Counted from the stretch's first letter, positions 24,011-38,786 are shown. The stretch: DNA of 64,000 nt from Botryllus schlosseri (GCA_051294905.1 CM119371.1:19406001-19470000); one strand, 5' to 3'. Notes: generated from the sequence alone by a model not told the origin. Made by a program: numbers and translations.

Positions 24011-27000
24011 ATCAGTTACAATTGTGTGTAGCCAACAGAGGTTTTAGTTCTAATTCTAATTCTACTCCAATTTGAAAAAAAGGCTTTGTAGCCGTAATTC
24101 TAATTCTAATTTAGAAAAGGTGAAATTTTTCTAGTTGTCCGAGTCTGAAGAATATTGCAGATCGTTGTCCGGTAATCTCTAGCGCAGATAAGTACTCATT
24201 CAGTGGAGGCTTCTTGTATTTTGTATCCTTAGCTTCTGATGACGAAAGTGGCATTTATCATACAACTGATGGTTATATTCGAAAAATGTAGTCACTTATA
24301 ACCCGTGATGCAGATATTGCACCGGCTATTTTCGGGTAGGAAATTTATTTTCGTGCCCGTAATTGAGGAGGTATGGCGGATTGAGACGCTGTTATAACAG
24401 GCAGTTGCCGACTATTAGTGGGGAATTGTGCAGTATGGCATTTTGCCAAACCAAATTTGGCTTTTGCATTGGAGATGGAACCATCGCAGCCCCGCAGCGT
24501 ACTTTGATCAAGTGAGCGCGTCACCAGACGTCACAATACTATTAATAGATTACGACTTTGACATATTTCAATCGATCTATTTACGTCGCCGTAATGCACA
24601 ACGAGACCGCAAAACGACGTAATCTCCCACTCGCGGGATTGCGGTATTGAGCGTCTTTGCTGTTGGGTTGAATTTACCACGTTTTGGCATTATGATTTCT
24701 GTAATACGCGGTACGTAGCCATGTACGCTATGTTTTATGGGAATGTGTGTAATGTATATGCGGTATATGTGGATTGTGGTATTTCAATAGAACAGTTGCG
24801 GGTTCAGGCCAAGCTTGTACGTACAAACTACCGGATGGTCAAAATCCACACCTAGAACTAGAATTATAACTTACGCCCTTTAAATTGAACACAACTTAGA
24901 AGATTCAATTTCGAAGCAATTCAATTCATTGCTAAATATTTTAACATTTCAATACACCACAAGACTGCGATACAATGAAAGATAGGAGGTGTCGAAACGA
25001 CTTGGAGTAGTCTTCAAAATCAGACAACCTTCTGGCCTAGATGATGTAAAGAAGGAGGCGTGTACGCACAATGAAAAGTAAGAATATAATATAAAAGAAA
25101 TCGTGACAAAAAAGGAGGCATGTGTCGGAAGGCGAGATCTAGATGTCAGGTCGTGGTCCGGTAAACTAGTGGGCAACTCAGTAATTTTTATTTCATCAAA
25201 AGTACGGGTTTTCGGGTTTTAAATAGGTAGGGGGGTCGACCCCAAAAAGTCACCCATTACTACTTACAGTATAGTAGTGATGACTCTTGGCTAGCAATGG
25301 CTTCAAGAATATCACACAACGGAACGCGAACAGCGGAACTAGAAATAGAAATGGAACTACTCAAAAAACAATAGTTAGTTCATCGTCAACTAACTAGATT
25401 TGTAGTTTATACCAGTCTGGTTCAAGCGCTGTTTAACCTGAACACTAGGTTCAGCGCTATTGATCCTGAACACTGAACAACAACAGTAACCGCATACGAA
25501 TTTGTAGGGTTTGACGGATGGTTATGTTGGTGCCATATGCGAACAGCAATTGTTACTGATGTTAGTTTCGGTGTTGATTGTCCATTACATTGGGTTCTTG
25601 TAATGCCCATTTCAGAAATCGTTTAGTAGAATCGACGTGTTTGCGCCTACACAAAGGAATCCGAATTTCCGACGGGAAAACAAAATTAAACATTCGAAAG
25701 AGTAGAAGTGTGGGATCGCCCGGCGCAGTACGATGGAATCGCTTGGCGTGAAATTGACAGCGCGGCGCCGGAAAAAAAATCGAATACCGTGCACACCAGT
25801 GATGAGCTGATAGTGCTTTTCGAGACTCCGAATCCCTCCGACAACTTTAGTGTCTGAGGAAAACTCCCTCCGACTCCGAAGAGCTCAATCCCAGACTCCA
25901 AGATACTCCGATGAATCTCGTCAAGTATCCGAAACATGATTAACTACAGACAATGCTCAACGAAAATGCCTTGCTAGATCACTAGGCTAAGATAGCTCGT
26001 GGCCAATCATACCATTTTAACCATATCATTAGAGTGGCAAGCATGGTACGCTTGGTGATGTGTTTTACTAAATAAATGTGATAATATGGTTGTCCTTATA
26101 GTATTGTCTACTCTCTAGTCCCCAATTGCAGTGCAGATGGCTGGTTTTTATGCACTTGGCCATCATTTTTGCATGTTACCCGTCATATTACAACTTTACA
26201 AGGTGTCAACTGTCTGTGTTTTGGTTTGTAATCATAATCAATAGTGTATTCTGGTCAGACCTATCCAAAGATATCGGAGACAAAAGTTACAATACTCCGA
26301 AATTCTCCGAAAAAATATCTGTAGTAAACTACGACTCCGCTCCGACTGTCACAAAATCGGCAAAACTCCGCTCCGATGCTCATCACTGGTGCACACCGAA
26401 CATCTGGAATAGAACAGGGATGCAGATATGCGTCTACTGCTGGGCCACGCATTACCGCAGTGTACTTTCGACAAATCTTCAATCCTCAACGTATATATCG
26501 TCGCTGACCATATGCGCGGCGCTTATAGTTTTTAAGAGACTCTATGGCAGGTACACAACTTCAATATGAAATTGAATACCGTAATATGATCATTGATCAT
26601 ATTGAAATAAACACGAATATCTTCGGTTGTCACTCGGCATGGGTAATGACTAATGAGAGAGAGAGTCTTTATTTTCATCCAACCAAAATACATAACAAAC
26701 GGCAGTGATGGTGGTACAGAAAATATGCATGCACAGTATTCGGTATTAGATAGGAATGATCGATAAGACCGTGAAGGTCATCTAGTCTGATGGTCAGCAA
26801 CTAGTAGAGAATTCGAAAGAATACAACGTAATATATTATTCACTTGCGTATAATTTTCGAACGTGGGAATCACTCCCGTTTAGGCGTTCACTACCGGGTG
26901 ATGCGAATTTGCGAGATGTCTCCGCGGCATAAAAGTTTTTAAATCGTACAGTATGCAGCGCGTTTATAGCCGTGGCTTTTTACGCTTTGGTGATCTTACC

Positions 27001-30000
27001 AGCGATGACTCGTGCCATCGATATCGCACGGCCGGCGACGGATGACCGATTTCTATTATCTTTACTAGGTCGTATCATGTGAAATAGTAGCTGGTGCGGG
27101 TTCGCGATCATTTTGGAGTTTTGGCTGTTGCCCGTCTCTGTGTTTAGAGATAGTTTAGCGGGATGTTTTGGTTGTCGTGATGAACAGTGTTAATACTGTT
27201 AGCTGCGTGGTGTTTTCATATTTACTCTAAGCGTTATATCCTGTGTAGCGTCCGAGTGGCGTGTATACTTAATATCCTGTTTTGAGTGCGTGCATACTGT
27301 GTTTGTATGCGATATGAATGCAGTTTTGCGCACGGCGCCCGCAGTTAGAAATATCCAGATTATTGGTGATCATCTTCTGATACTATGTGAGTGTGCCTGT
27401 GGCATATCGGTCGCAAAACATGTGTGACCTTGTGTCGAATTTTGGAAGGAAAAAGCTTTGTAGGGAAGGGAAGCAACAAATACCAGTGGTCAGTGAATTA
27501 CATTGTAATATTAACGGAAATAGTACTTCAACTCAGTCCAGATCAGTATATTTATAATATCAATATCATCATGTCACAGCATCGCAAGTAACAAATTCCA
27601 GTGTACTACATTGTAATATTAGTGAAAATAGTACTTCAGATCAGTCCAATTCTGTTTTTCCGTACTTTCATCACGACAAAACACCACAAGATTGCGATAA
27701 AATGAAAAAAAAATGGGAATGAGTAGAAACGCAGGGATATCTAAAAGTTTTAGAAATCCCTGGTAGAAACGACCTGGTCTAGTCTTTCAATCGGAAACCG
27801 ACCTTGGCCTAGAACGTGTAAATAAGACTCATGTAACATTGTACGTGATAACGTACGGTGTATACTGCAATACAGGTAACGGAATATAACATAAAATGTA
27901 AATGAAGTGGCATGTGCGGGTAGGCAGAATAGATAATTGGGGTCGTGATTTCCCCGGTATTCATTCAGTAAAATCTTCTAGTAATACTGATAGTTATTTT
28001 GAGAAATTTGCAAATGGTTTGCTATAAGTATAGCCTACAGTATATTGAAATGAATTTGCGCGGCATTCCAAATCCTTCCCTGGACTACTGCAGATTGGGA
28101 CTCGGCTCGAATCCTGGAGTTACACGCGTTCAATTTGCTCGAATTGGATCGTTTGAGTGATCGGGAGATTCGACTCGTAATTTTCTATGCATTCCGTTTT
28201 TTTTTGTGTTGGGATTCGACTTGGATCGGTTGATTTTATCGGGCTCGGTATTCAAACGTATGTTCTCTGGAAATTCGGCCTGGAATTTGAGATTATTCCC
28301 GTTTTCAATATAGTGATCAATATCTTCATTTGTATTCGGCGCTAACCACTCGACTTGCTTTATCGGGTTCGGTATACAATCGAATCTTCACGTCTGGATT
28401 CGTTTAATCACCGCTTGACAATCGTGCTATAGCAGTCCGTAATAGTAGGCTGGTGTCTTATTCACTGGCATATCTGCGCTAATTGTGTGATTGTGATTGA
28501 TATGGCAATCTATGCATACTGTTGCGATATCGGGCTGCCTGCGCAATGGACTATTTGTTATCATCAATCATCATTAGTCAGTAATAACCGAACGTAATAA
28601 TGCATCAATTGATCCGATTTCGGGCGACTGCGGGTTGCGTGGTCCGTGTCGTTATACTAATACTAATAGCACCGCCATTGATAAATCCAAAGATACATAA
28701 GTTCCTTAGAGATCTATATAATAGGCGAGTGGGTGACTGGCGTATCTGTGTTGACCTTGGGTTATAATTTTGACGTTTCATACTTCTAATTGCGTCGACA
28801 ATTCACCAGAATTCGGGTATTTGTCGTCCATCTAATGTAATAGTATTGTAAGTTCCAAATTTCCACCAAGTTACACGTTCTAATGTTGGGACAGTGTAGC
28901 GGGGCATATCTGTTTGTTCTTCGCAAATTTGGTTTGTAATGGGACTGTCGTTAACTTCGTAACGAGTATGAATCAATTGATTAAACTTCGGTGCCGTGCG
29001 CTGTGGAATATCGCGGTATCTGGGCAGGGTGAGACAACTAGAAAATTGTTTGCTCTTCCAAATTAGATTAGAATTAGAATTATAGCGACACAGTTTTTTT
29101 TTTTTCAAATTAGATTATCATTAATTTTGGAATTACTGAATTCGCGAAAACGTGGAAATTAAACCAAATTTAATTTATATTAAATCAAATCATAGTATGA
29201 GAATGGGAATTGCCTGTACTGTACTGCAAGCTGGGCGTGTTTCGCTCGATACAGTCGTGCTGTAGCATTTCCAGGAAAATCATAAATTGGATTCGAATGA
29301 AAATTAGAGCGTAGAAATATGTCACATATTAGATTTTTGTTTGGTGATTTAGTAAGCATGATTCAAACCGGCGACCAGGAGGCTGGAGGGCTTCCTCTGT
29401 GCTGCACAGCCGTCTAAATTTAGACAGAGCAGTCGGGTTTATGAGCGATTTTGATGGAGTATTCCGACAAGTTGTGATAGTGAACATGTTTGCGTTTCCG
29501 TGGCTGTTCGCGATTAAATGGACGATTACTGCCGTTACGTTTTCATTTCGGTGACGTGCGGGCACTTATGCGGATGAACATTGTCGTGAAAAATGTATTC
29601 GTCTCACAACCCGGATTGGCAGTACATAGCAGACACCGTGGTTTGTGTCTGTGCTCGCGCAAACGAAATATGAATGTTTCGATGAAATTTTTGCGATTTT
29701 GAGTTCGGATTTGCACGCGTAATTCGGAACCTTCTTGTATTCTCACCAAAGATTGTCAGTACCGAAGTGTTTATACTTTTTCCGAGTTCTCAGGAATGTT
29801 TGCCACCTTGCACAACTTATTCGCGTGCAGTGGTTATACTATTAGACTACTTCCGCTTTCACTCCAACAGTTTTGTAGGCAAAACTGCTGACTTTTACGC
29901 CTTGGGTTTTGGAAATACGAACGCAGTATTGGGATAAGTTTGCATCACTTGTACGCGTTGATTTGGCGAAAGAACTGCGTGAAATATCTCCTGTGTCGAC

Positions 30001-31538
30001 TCTCTACTATGCTACTAGTTGACTTGAACTCGGACTTGACTCGGTTGTGAATTGAGAATGACCAGACTTGACCCGAGTCGAAACTACAAAACTGAGAAGG
30101 ACTTGAGACTCGGAACCTTATGACTTGTTTTACAACGTAACGACACTAGGAAGCTGTAAAAGTAAGCAAACCTGATTGAATACTCTGAACAAGTATAAAC
30201 AAGTTCAACTACTTCGTTACTGACCACCTTGGGTTATTTTACAGTTCACACGTCACAGTCAGTATTTGTTATTTGCGCGTGCAATGCCGATTGACTTCGT
30301 CAGATTTCCGGATAGCTACAACTCGTTATGTTACAACCTGTCCGCAGATAGCCTCTCATACAACCCGTCGATTATTTACCGCTCTCATCATATTTGCCGC
30401 GTAGGAAATAGCTACGATGACACTTCATACGCACTTCACTCATGCGCACTTGCTCCGGATTATGAATAGAACGCCTGGCGTGTGTGTGGAAACTGTTGAT
30501 TTTGTATGTAGCCGTTGAATGCAGTGCAGGTAGATTCACTATACTGGGCGCAGGTTAGGACCGGAATTATTTTACCCTATGAGCGTGTTTCCATTCAACG
30601 TGAGCCCGGAAGAGATGACCAATTGAACATGTTTAACCCGCTGTATTTATAAGTAACGTAACGCGAAGCGTGTTGAGTTGACTTATCTATGCAGTTAAAC
30701 AAGGCATAACCAGAGGCCTAGTTTAACTTGTTGCTCGCACATGCGCCATATTGAGAAGATTGATAAGTAGAATCGCCGATTAGAAATCAAATCGAATCAC
30801 CGCTAGTCTTTTTATTATCCAGTTAACAGAAATTAACCCATGCACTGTAGTTATATTGTGTCTGTGGGACTCGTTTCATTGTCCGATACGGTTCGTATCT
30901 GGGAATCGGTAGGCCTATTCGTAGCGAGCACGAGCACGATTTCATTTTGTCCATCCAATCATGTCTAACTATTGAATTTTCGAGAGTGTGATGTTATATC
31001 CATACGGCGTAACATGGCGTTGTTAGTCTTAGTCCGATTCTATTAGGATCTCGGGATCTGTATTAGAACCGATAACGATAGCAATTATCCCATACATAGA
31101 CGACAGTACGGTGCAGGTAATTGCTGTTATCGACGATAGCAAACTTTTGAATGTAGAACTACTACGAGAGAGTGATACTTCTGAATAATTAAAAGGCACC
31201 AATGCGTAGCGTACTGACGTAAAAGGTGGATATTTCTGTACATAGCCCGGCCCCAGCCTTGCCCCTCGCAATGCGACAAAATTACGCAGGTGGTTGGCTT
31301 TTTATCACCAATTCATTATAGAAAAACTCTTCGCATAATAACCATAATTGTTCAAGATAATTGAAGACTTTTAAGTCTCAACCTGCATACCACATACCAT
31401 CGGGTTCCTTAAGTGGAGTACTTTAATATGATGGTATTTGCAGGTCAATTTCCTTTATCATGATACCGTGGTTGCCGACTTGTAGCACCGCATAATCCAT
31501 CTCTTTATTAGACACGGTTTACGCATATCAGATATAGT

Positions 31539-31805
31539 GGCGACATAGCGTAGTGATATAATCCACAGCTGCAACACCAATGGGTTGAGTGTTCGAGTCC
31601 GACCTCGGTCGACTCCAGAAAATCTTACCTAAGTGTTTGAGTTTTATCTATGCTCCTCCTCACCATCTCATCCGTGTAAGCACTGTAAGCGGTGTCTTAT
31701 AAAAAGCATAGAAGTGGGCAGCTACGGAATAAAAATGAGGAAAATTGGCCTGGTATAAATGACCATAGTAGTCGACAAACAACCACAACAATATTAACAA
31801 CAACG
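31539..31805 (+). mobile_element. tRNA-derived SINE (family of three copies)
   Basis: GGCGACATAGCGTAGTG head, GTTCGAGTCC B box, body colinear with 33231 and 36008. Confidence 0.8.
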
Positions 31806-32612
31806 CAAATGGCATATCAAATGGCGAGGAGGTGATTGATTGTCCAATGTCCATCCATCCAATTTAATCTTAATTTTAGCGATATTCAGTACGAACTACA
31901 TCATTCGCTACCTTGTGCAATTTCTTTCACTTCATAATCGCTTAACTCTGACGCGAAACTCATTCTAACTGACGTAGGCGCTGTCCGTAAGTTGATGACC
32001 GTGGTGTGTTTTGTCCTTTGGTTTTGGCGTAATTGCACGAATAATATTGCGCGTGTGTTTATGACGCGCGTGAGATTCAATTAACGCAGCTTAGGCGCTA
32101 TGGTTGAGAATGAGGGCTCACAAGCACTAGCCGGAGGCTGTAATTCCGGTATCCGGAATTGTTGTGACAGGGTCTAAGGCAGAGCTCACCAATGGTTACA
32201 CACACATACAGAGAAAGTGGCTCGGCTTTCATGACTTTGTCATATCGAACCTCCCGTCTATACCCTGTATAACGTTGTGTGTATCGCATTTCACCGAATT
32301 CTATTTTCGTTACGTAGCCTATGATATTGATTTTCACGGTAGACAAATAAAGATTCTCTCTCTCCCTCTCGTAGTAACGAAGGACATCTACTTCTCCAAA
32401 ATACTCGAGTTATTCTGGCCTGATATGTGTGCGTCACTGTTACGAGTGAAATTGTCATGTGAACTGGGAGAAATAGCCCCTGAATCGCGGTGATGAAAGT
32501 AAGGCTTCCAGTTCCAATCCTGAAATCGGTTTGTTTGGTGTTTATATTCTAGTTCGCGATGGGAATTTCTATGCTCCAAAACATAATATCCATTTTCCAC
32601 CTTCCATGTCTG

Positions 32613-32962
32613 TCTGACATGAGCAATTGAGCAATGAGCATGGATTTTGGATTGTATATAACGGGGTCCGTGGGCATATGTGCAATGAGCAATTGAGCAT
32701 GCGATACGCCGGTATGCGACACATGAGCAATGAGCATTGTGGTTAAATTACGGGTTAGAGGTGGGTTAGGGTTGGATTTAGGGTTGGGTTAGGGTACGGC
32801 TCGGGGTTTTGTTTTGATATATAGGGGTTAATTTCAGGGTTTTGTTTCGGGTTAGGATTAGTTTTTGGGTTATAAAGCCACATGCTGAAGTGACGCATGC
32901 TTAAGTGTCCCATGCTCAACTGTCGTTTTGCATTGTGTCTCATGCTCAATGCTCATATATCG
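32613..32962. mobile_element. MITE with ATGAGCA(A)TTGAGCA inverted repeats and a GGGTTA-rich core
   Basis: Inverted short-repeat arms around gggttagggtt-like tracts (32753-32870). Confidence 0.7.
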
Positions 32963-33230
32963 GGCAACCAAAAGACGGGTTCGAAAAGCGGGTTTGTGAC
33001 GGATCCGGGTTAACGGTGTTTTCGGACCCGGTTTAAGTTTTTAATTCGTACATCAGGTTGGGTATTACCCAAACTTAATTGATTGTTCTTGATACTAAAT
33101 GCTGTTGCTGCGACATATGTCTGGTATGAGCAATGGGCATAAATATGAATTGCATAAAACCATATTCCAATATCGTCGGTCAAGGTCGGTCAAAGGTTCG
33201 ACTTCGTACACCGTGTCAGGTATTGTATGT

Positions 33231-33510
33231 GGCGAGATAGCGTAGTGGTATGATCCACAGCTGTAACGCCAATGGGTTGCGGGTTAAGTCCGACCGAGGT
33301 CGAGTCCAGAATTAGTACCTAAATGTTAGAGGTTTATCTAAGCTCCTCGCCACGTGATTCGCGTAAACGGTATATTATAAAAGCCTAGAACTTGGCCGTG
33401 TTACAAGTCGATAAATACATAATCAAAAATGAAGAATAACAGCCTGGTATAATAAGACCAATGACCATTGAGAAATGAAGTCGAAAGACCACGAATATCA
33501 AACCAACAAA
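33231..33510 (+). mobile_element. tRNA-derived SINE (second copy)
   Basis: GGCGAGATAGCGTAGTGG head; colinear body. Confidence 0.8.
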
Positions 33511-34964
33511 TGATCTCCAATCTTCACGATGCGTACAAACTACTGTGTGCCTTTTCTGGATAGTAGGCTTACAATATAAACCTTACGTGATGCATTCTGG
33601 GTTTTGCTTTTGAAACATATAATCCTGTAATATGAGTGCGTATCTGCGTCATGTGGACATTACCCCGCGCTAGATGGATACACTGTGCTCGGATTTATAT
33701 GACTCATCGCGTAAATCTTCGAAGAGATGTTGTTTTGAAATTTGCGATACCCAATTCGCGTCACCGTCGTCTTTGTAACTTTCGAGTGACCATTTCGTGT
33801 CGTATCCGTACGGTAGCCAGAGGGGTTGCGATCTGCCGTACCTTATTGATCATTAAATCACAGTCTTACGTCCAATGCCCAGTCGGATCGGGCTTTGCAA
33901 CAGATGGAACCGATTCGAACCGGTTTCGTTTTTTTCGACGTTAAGCCTGCTTTCAGAACAGCGGCTATCCGGTTGTTGGATTGTATTTGGAAGTAGCACG
34001 GATTGCGTCAGTGTTATGTATACTTGTTGACAGTGTGTGGTTTCGTGTTAAAAGCGGGGTGTGATCCTTGTAGCGATTATGTTGTTGATTAGATGTGATG
34101 TCCTTCCAATTCAGTAAAGTGTAGTAGCTAGCAAGATATTTTCTTGTGCGGACAACGGGTAGTGTCCCTTTAGTAGGTTGCATCTGATTTATTGAAACAG
34201 CTTTTCCAGAAAGAAGTCATTAATAGCACTGGCGTTATCAATTTGAGTACTCCAATCCGAGTAGAGTATCACTGGCACTGATTCGAGTCATGTAGTGAGA
34301 GTCAAAGTGATTGAATATCGAAATTATATACATTACAAGGCTTGTCAACTATTTGTAGCAAAGGTCCAGTTACAAAAGTTTAAAATTTGATTACGTACGC
34401 TGCAACTCATAAACTAACTTGCAGTAATACCAATGTAACACCGTATATCTATAATTCTATATACAAAGTCCGGTAAAGTGATATTAGCAAAAGTAATATG
34501 CGAAGTGCATTTGTTGTTCCGTTAGTTACCGGTAGTAGGAGAAATGGCATTCTTTTATTTCTTGATAGTTCTTGGTGAACGAGTCTACGAACATTCGTGT
34601 AAACGGTATTTCCGTGAAGTAGCGATCCACACTCAGCTTGGTAACAAAGTGCCGCATGAAATAGTCAGGGTTAAGCAACACAAAAATATTACGAGGACGT
34701 GATGCCTGTTGTTATTTTTCGTCTGCTCGTGAAACTGTCCAATATTATAACTTCATAAATGATTATTACAGACCAGTTATGGTTTCGTGATATGTGATAC
34801 CCGAATACCCGTATCGGCTCAAAATCGAATCGGACCGATTATCGACTATCGACCAACTCCGGTCGATATTAATCGGCCTTTCCATCACTTCTTCAATTAA
34901 AAGACCCTTCTTCGAAGTACAGATCTTCAATATACGATTGAATGGTATATTGATGTTGAAATGA

Positions 34965-34998
34965 ACCCGAATATTTTCGGCTGACATTCGTCAGGGTT
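34965..34998 (-). ncRNA. Minimal hammerhead ribozyme, near-intact (G10.1 to A), inside pLTR copy at about 34900-35080
   Basis: Minus strand AACC-CTGACGA-ATGTCAGCC-GAAA-ATAT-TC-GGGT. Confidence 0.6.
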
Positions 34999-36007
34999 AA
35001 TCGTCAGCAACTAGTAAGGAATTGAAATGAACATTGTATGCCAACAACCGTATCAACAAATATGACGTCATCGACATGAAAACTTGATCTCCTACAACTG
35101 TTGGATTGATTTATGAGTATTGTAGCAGTTCAGGTTTGGTGAAAATACTGAAAAGTTGTGTTTGCTGGACTATAAGTCTCTTGAGCGGGAAGTATACTAT
35201 AGTTTTTTACACAGCCGCAGTTTTATTGTAAATGATTAAAGTCTATATCGGTGCATATTTCGAATTAATGTCGCTAAAGAGATTCTGGTTGAAAATGTCA
35301 CGTCGTGATATCAGCGAAATCGTCCGATTTGTCGCCGAAAATGTGTTGTATCGGGTTGGTCTGGAATTTCTGATGTCTGTCGTGTTCTATTTTGGAGTTT
35401 GTACAGCGTCCTTTTCGCGTAGTAGATCTGATTTATTGAAACAGCTCTTCCCGAAAGCGGTTATTAAATTCGAATTACAGCGCGTGCTGTAGATCCCGCG
35501 CTCTGATAGCGTCCGCTACTTTCCCTTGCGGCCATTAATTCTCCATAGTGACATCTGTTTGAATGCGCGGCGCGTTTGTTGTAGAACCGTGCTGTATTTG
35601 AGAGCATAGCTTCAAATTCGCATTTTCAAAATTTATGCGTGAGCCTTTTGCTCGCTGGCTGGCAGAGCGGGTCAAAGTAGTTAGCGTTGCTGCTCGAGTG
35701 CAAATAGCACCGGGAATTTCTACTATGTTGCATTTAAAAGTAGCAATTTGGAAGACATGTCTAAATCACTTCAAATGGAGTAGAAAAGGAAAAGTACGAA
35801 AAGCACACAAGCATAGTAGTTTAGCAAAGTTTATTTGGTCAAGTGCCCCACACTTTCTGCAGTTAATCAAAGGTAACTACTTTGAAAATCGGAAAATAAT
35901 AATGTCTTCGTGACTGCCGCAAAACGACTGATCACGCTACAACTAGGGACGTTTTCATTCACATAATTTGTCACTCTAATCCTGGGGTCATTCCACGCGG
36001 GTTTTAC

Positions 36008-36287
36008 TGTGGCGAGATAACGTAGTGGTATAATCCACAGCAGCAACACCAATGAGTTACGGGTTAGTGTCCGACCGATGTCGACTCCAGAATTCCTACC
36101 TTAAGTGTTGGAGGTTTATCTAGGCTCCTCCTCGCCATCTCATCCGTGCAAGCGGTGTATTACAAAAGCCTAGAAGTGGACCGTGTTACAAGTCGGTATC
36201 TACGGAATAAATAAATGAAGGAAATTCGCCTGGTGTAAATGACCATAGTAGTCGACAAACACCATGAATAGCACAAGAACAAACAAA
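36008..36287 (+). mobile_element. tRNA-derived SINE (third copy) with TSD
   Basis: AAAC-rich tail; 12-bp flanking repeat CGCGG(G/T)TTTTAC at 35996-36007 / 36288-36299. Confidence 0.82.
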
Positions 36288-36796
36288 CGCGGTTTTTACG
36301 ACAACTTCATACAGAAAAAGGAACGAAACCTATCCCAAATGCCCAAACTAGCATTTGCATTTCATAATCCAAATTCTAAATGGTAGCAGTTTTCTCGAAG
36401 AAAATGATCCAGTAAAATTGAAAGTTGTCTATAACCTTAACCATTATATGGTTCGAGTTCGCAAAACCTACTTGAACACTGCGACATAATAGAAATATTC
36501 GTCACTGACTGACCCGACCACCTCTGCGACCAGCAATGATTGCAGTCAAGTGTCTGATGGGAGTCGACAGACCCAGGGTCTTTTCGATATTATCACAGCC
36601 GCGAAACTACCTGTAATTCCGCATCTTCGAGACGACTTTTAAGTTTGTGTGCGATCGTATATTTTGAGTAATAGTGGTGTTTGCACGCTTCAACGCACAC
36701 GATGTGTGACCTGATTTCGATGATACGAATCTGACTAAGAGATCGGTGACATTGCGCCATCTACCGCTCGCGATGTATTTTAGCTGTAGTCGTAAC

Positions 36797-37275
36797 TAGG
36801 GCTGGAGGCAATGATTAGAGTAGCAAGATATTATTTTTCCGGTACTGAAATTTTACGATCATTGCGACCGAGAGTTAATTTATCGACGAGCGGGTTTCGA
36901 TAGTATATTCTACTGTGGGCGGGGTAAACCTCGGTTGGTCATGCCGCAACATGCGAAAAATAGAGCACAAAGCTACGCGCGTTAGTGGAAATGACATTGT
37001 TGTGAAACCAAGATCGACCCACTGAAGACTGAATTGTCACAATGTGCAATTAAATAGCAGCCTGCCCTCAACAGCCGAAAATATTTGGGTTCATTTCAAT
37101 ATGAATATACTATTCAATTAAATATTGTCGAAAATGCCAAATTATTTTTAAAGTGATGCAGAACTGGCGTTATGTCTTTGTGGTCGCATAAAAGGTACAT
37201 ATTTGAACTTTCTACTTCTTTCATACCGTCATGACCTCATGAATGATACGCGAATATTCGACTCGACTCGAAGCC
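36797..37275 (-). mobile_element. Truncated copy of the same hAT MITE family, interrupted by a pLTR fragment
   Basis: One TIR (TAGGGCTGG at 36797) plus homologous interior; other end missing. Further fragments at about 19930-20070 and 56450-56630. Confidence 0.65.
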
Positions 37276-38786
37276 TAATACGTTCGCTGGCACGTGACAC
37301 AACGGCGTTCCGGTGGAATCGATGCGTCAGGGCTGTACAGATGATGGGTAATTCCATCCGAAATAATTAGAATATAAACACCAGAGAATTCCTACTCGTC
37401 AAATGTAGATTCGCGTCTGAGATATCGCCAGATACGTCAGCAAGAGAAAAGTCGACGCAATCAATATATCACGCAAGCGCCAGTGCGTCACTCGGGCGCG
37501 TGTACGTAAAAAGCACTTTATGCCACTACGCTTACTGCAAGCTCTACAATTTACATTCTCCGCCGCATGCATGCCGAATCTCAGTTATATTTAGATGCAT
37601 CTCCGGCCATCCGTGTGTACTTGATGCTGTCCGGTTTGATAGCTGTGACACAGTTTGCGTAGTTATAGTATTTTGATACGCTCTGACGCCATACGCGATG
37701 TGACGATGTACGAGTGTACGTACGTACGTACAATGTATAAGCACGATCAGCTAAAGTAAGGGGTCTGTTGTTTGGTCGGGGCATGTGTTATATTGCGTGT
37801 TAACCTTCAGACTAGTGGCTGGCCAATTGTTTTCTGCATTGATGCATTTAGAAAAGTTAAGTTCCAGCGTAGCGAGACATCCTGACTTGTGTCGCTAACA
37901 GCAAAGTGTACTTATTGAGACTGCGAAGTACATTATAGTTTAATGCAGCGGTTCTCAATCGCCTGTCTGTGTGAACGTGCATTTGTACAACCGTACCGTA
38001 CATACTGCCCGCCAAATATATTACAATATAATATCTCAGTTGCTGAATGCAAGTAGATGCACGTTTGTCCAATGTCCAGTCGTTAAAGAAATGGAACTTC
38101 AAATGTTAAACTGATTTAGAAATTGATCGCACTATCCTTCTATGGGGTTCTTGGTCTGCGTTGGACGCTGAAAGTGTTGCATCGAAGTGTTAACATTCTT
38201 CAGGTAGACTGAAACTTATTCAGGACCAGTTATACCTTATATGTGAAAGCTGAGAAGACTTTTTGAACAAAATTCGTTACATTCGACAGTACAATTTAGC
38301 GACAATTGGCAGTATAATAGAGGGTTAGCAAACCGCTAAGGAGCAGTTCTTTGAAAAGAAACCGAACAATAAAAATCAAGCTAGTAGTTTTTAATACTAT
38401 AGCCTACTTCGCCTTGTAGGCACTTCATATCAACAGAACCCTATATAATATGTGTATTACCAAAGATACCGCAGCAGAATCTCATTGCATTGAACTTTTC
38501 AACATTTGCTTTTGAGTTGTGGCTTAAGATCCACCGGCCTAGGTGCTGATTTTTTTTACTATAGCCCGTACACATGACGCACAGGATTTTAAGAATGCAT
38601 CTTATTTCTGCATATAGCTCGAGTTAGTCACTATGCCGTGCACTTAATCATAATACCCCCTGCACACGGCTCGCTGCTAGTCACATAAGGAAGCTTGCTG
38701 CGTTCTGTTGGATACTTACCGGCGACAAAAGGCCTTTGCCATCAGCGCGCGCTACTCTTCGATGTGATCACGCTTGGGAAATTTAT

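Noticed and set aside
24236-24247. CTGATGACGAAA as a hammerhead
   Set aside because: No stem II pair and no stem I/III complementarity
26126-26569. 147-aa ORF from the track
   Set aside because: No recognisable motif, overlaps repeat-like sequence, no splice structure
37341-37370. ATG ATG GGT AAT (MMGN...) as exon 1
   Set aside because: In-frame stop after nine codons. Use of the internal G|GTAATT donor would leave only Met-Met, which cannot be distinguished from chance.
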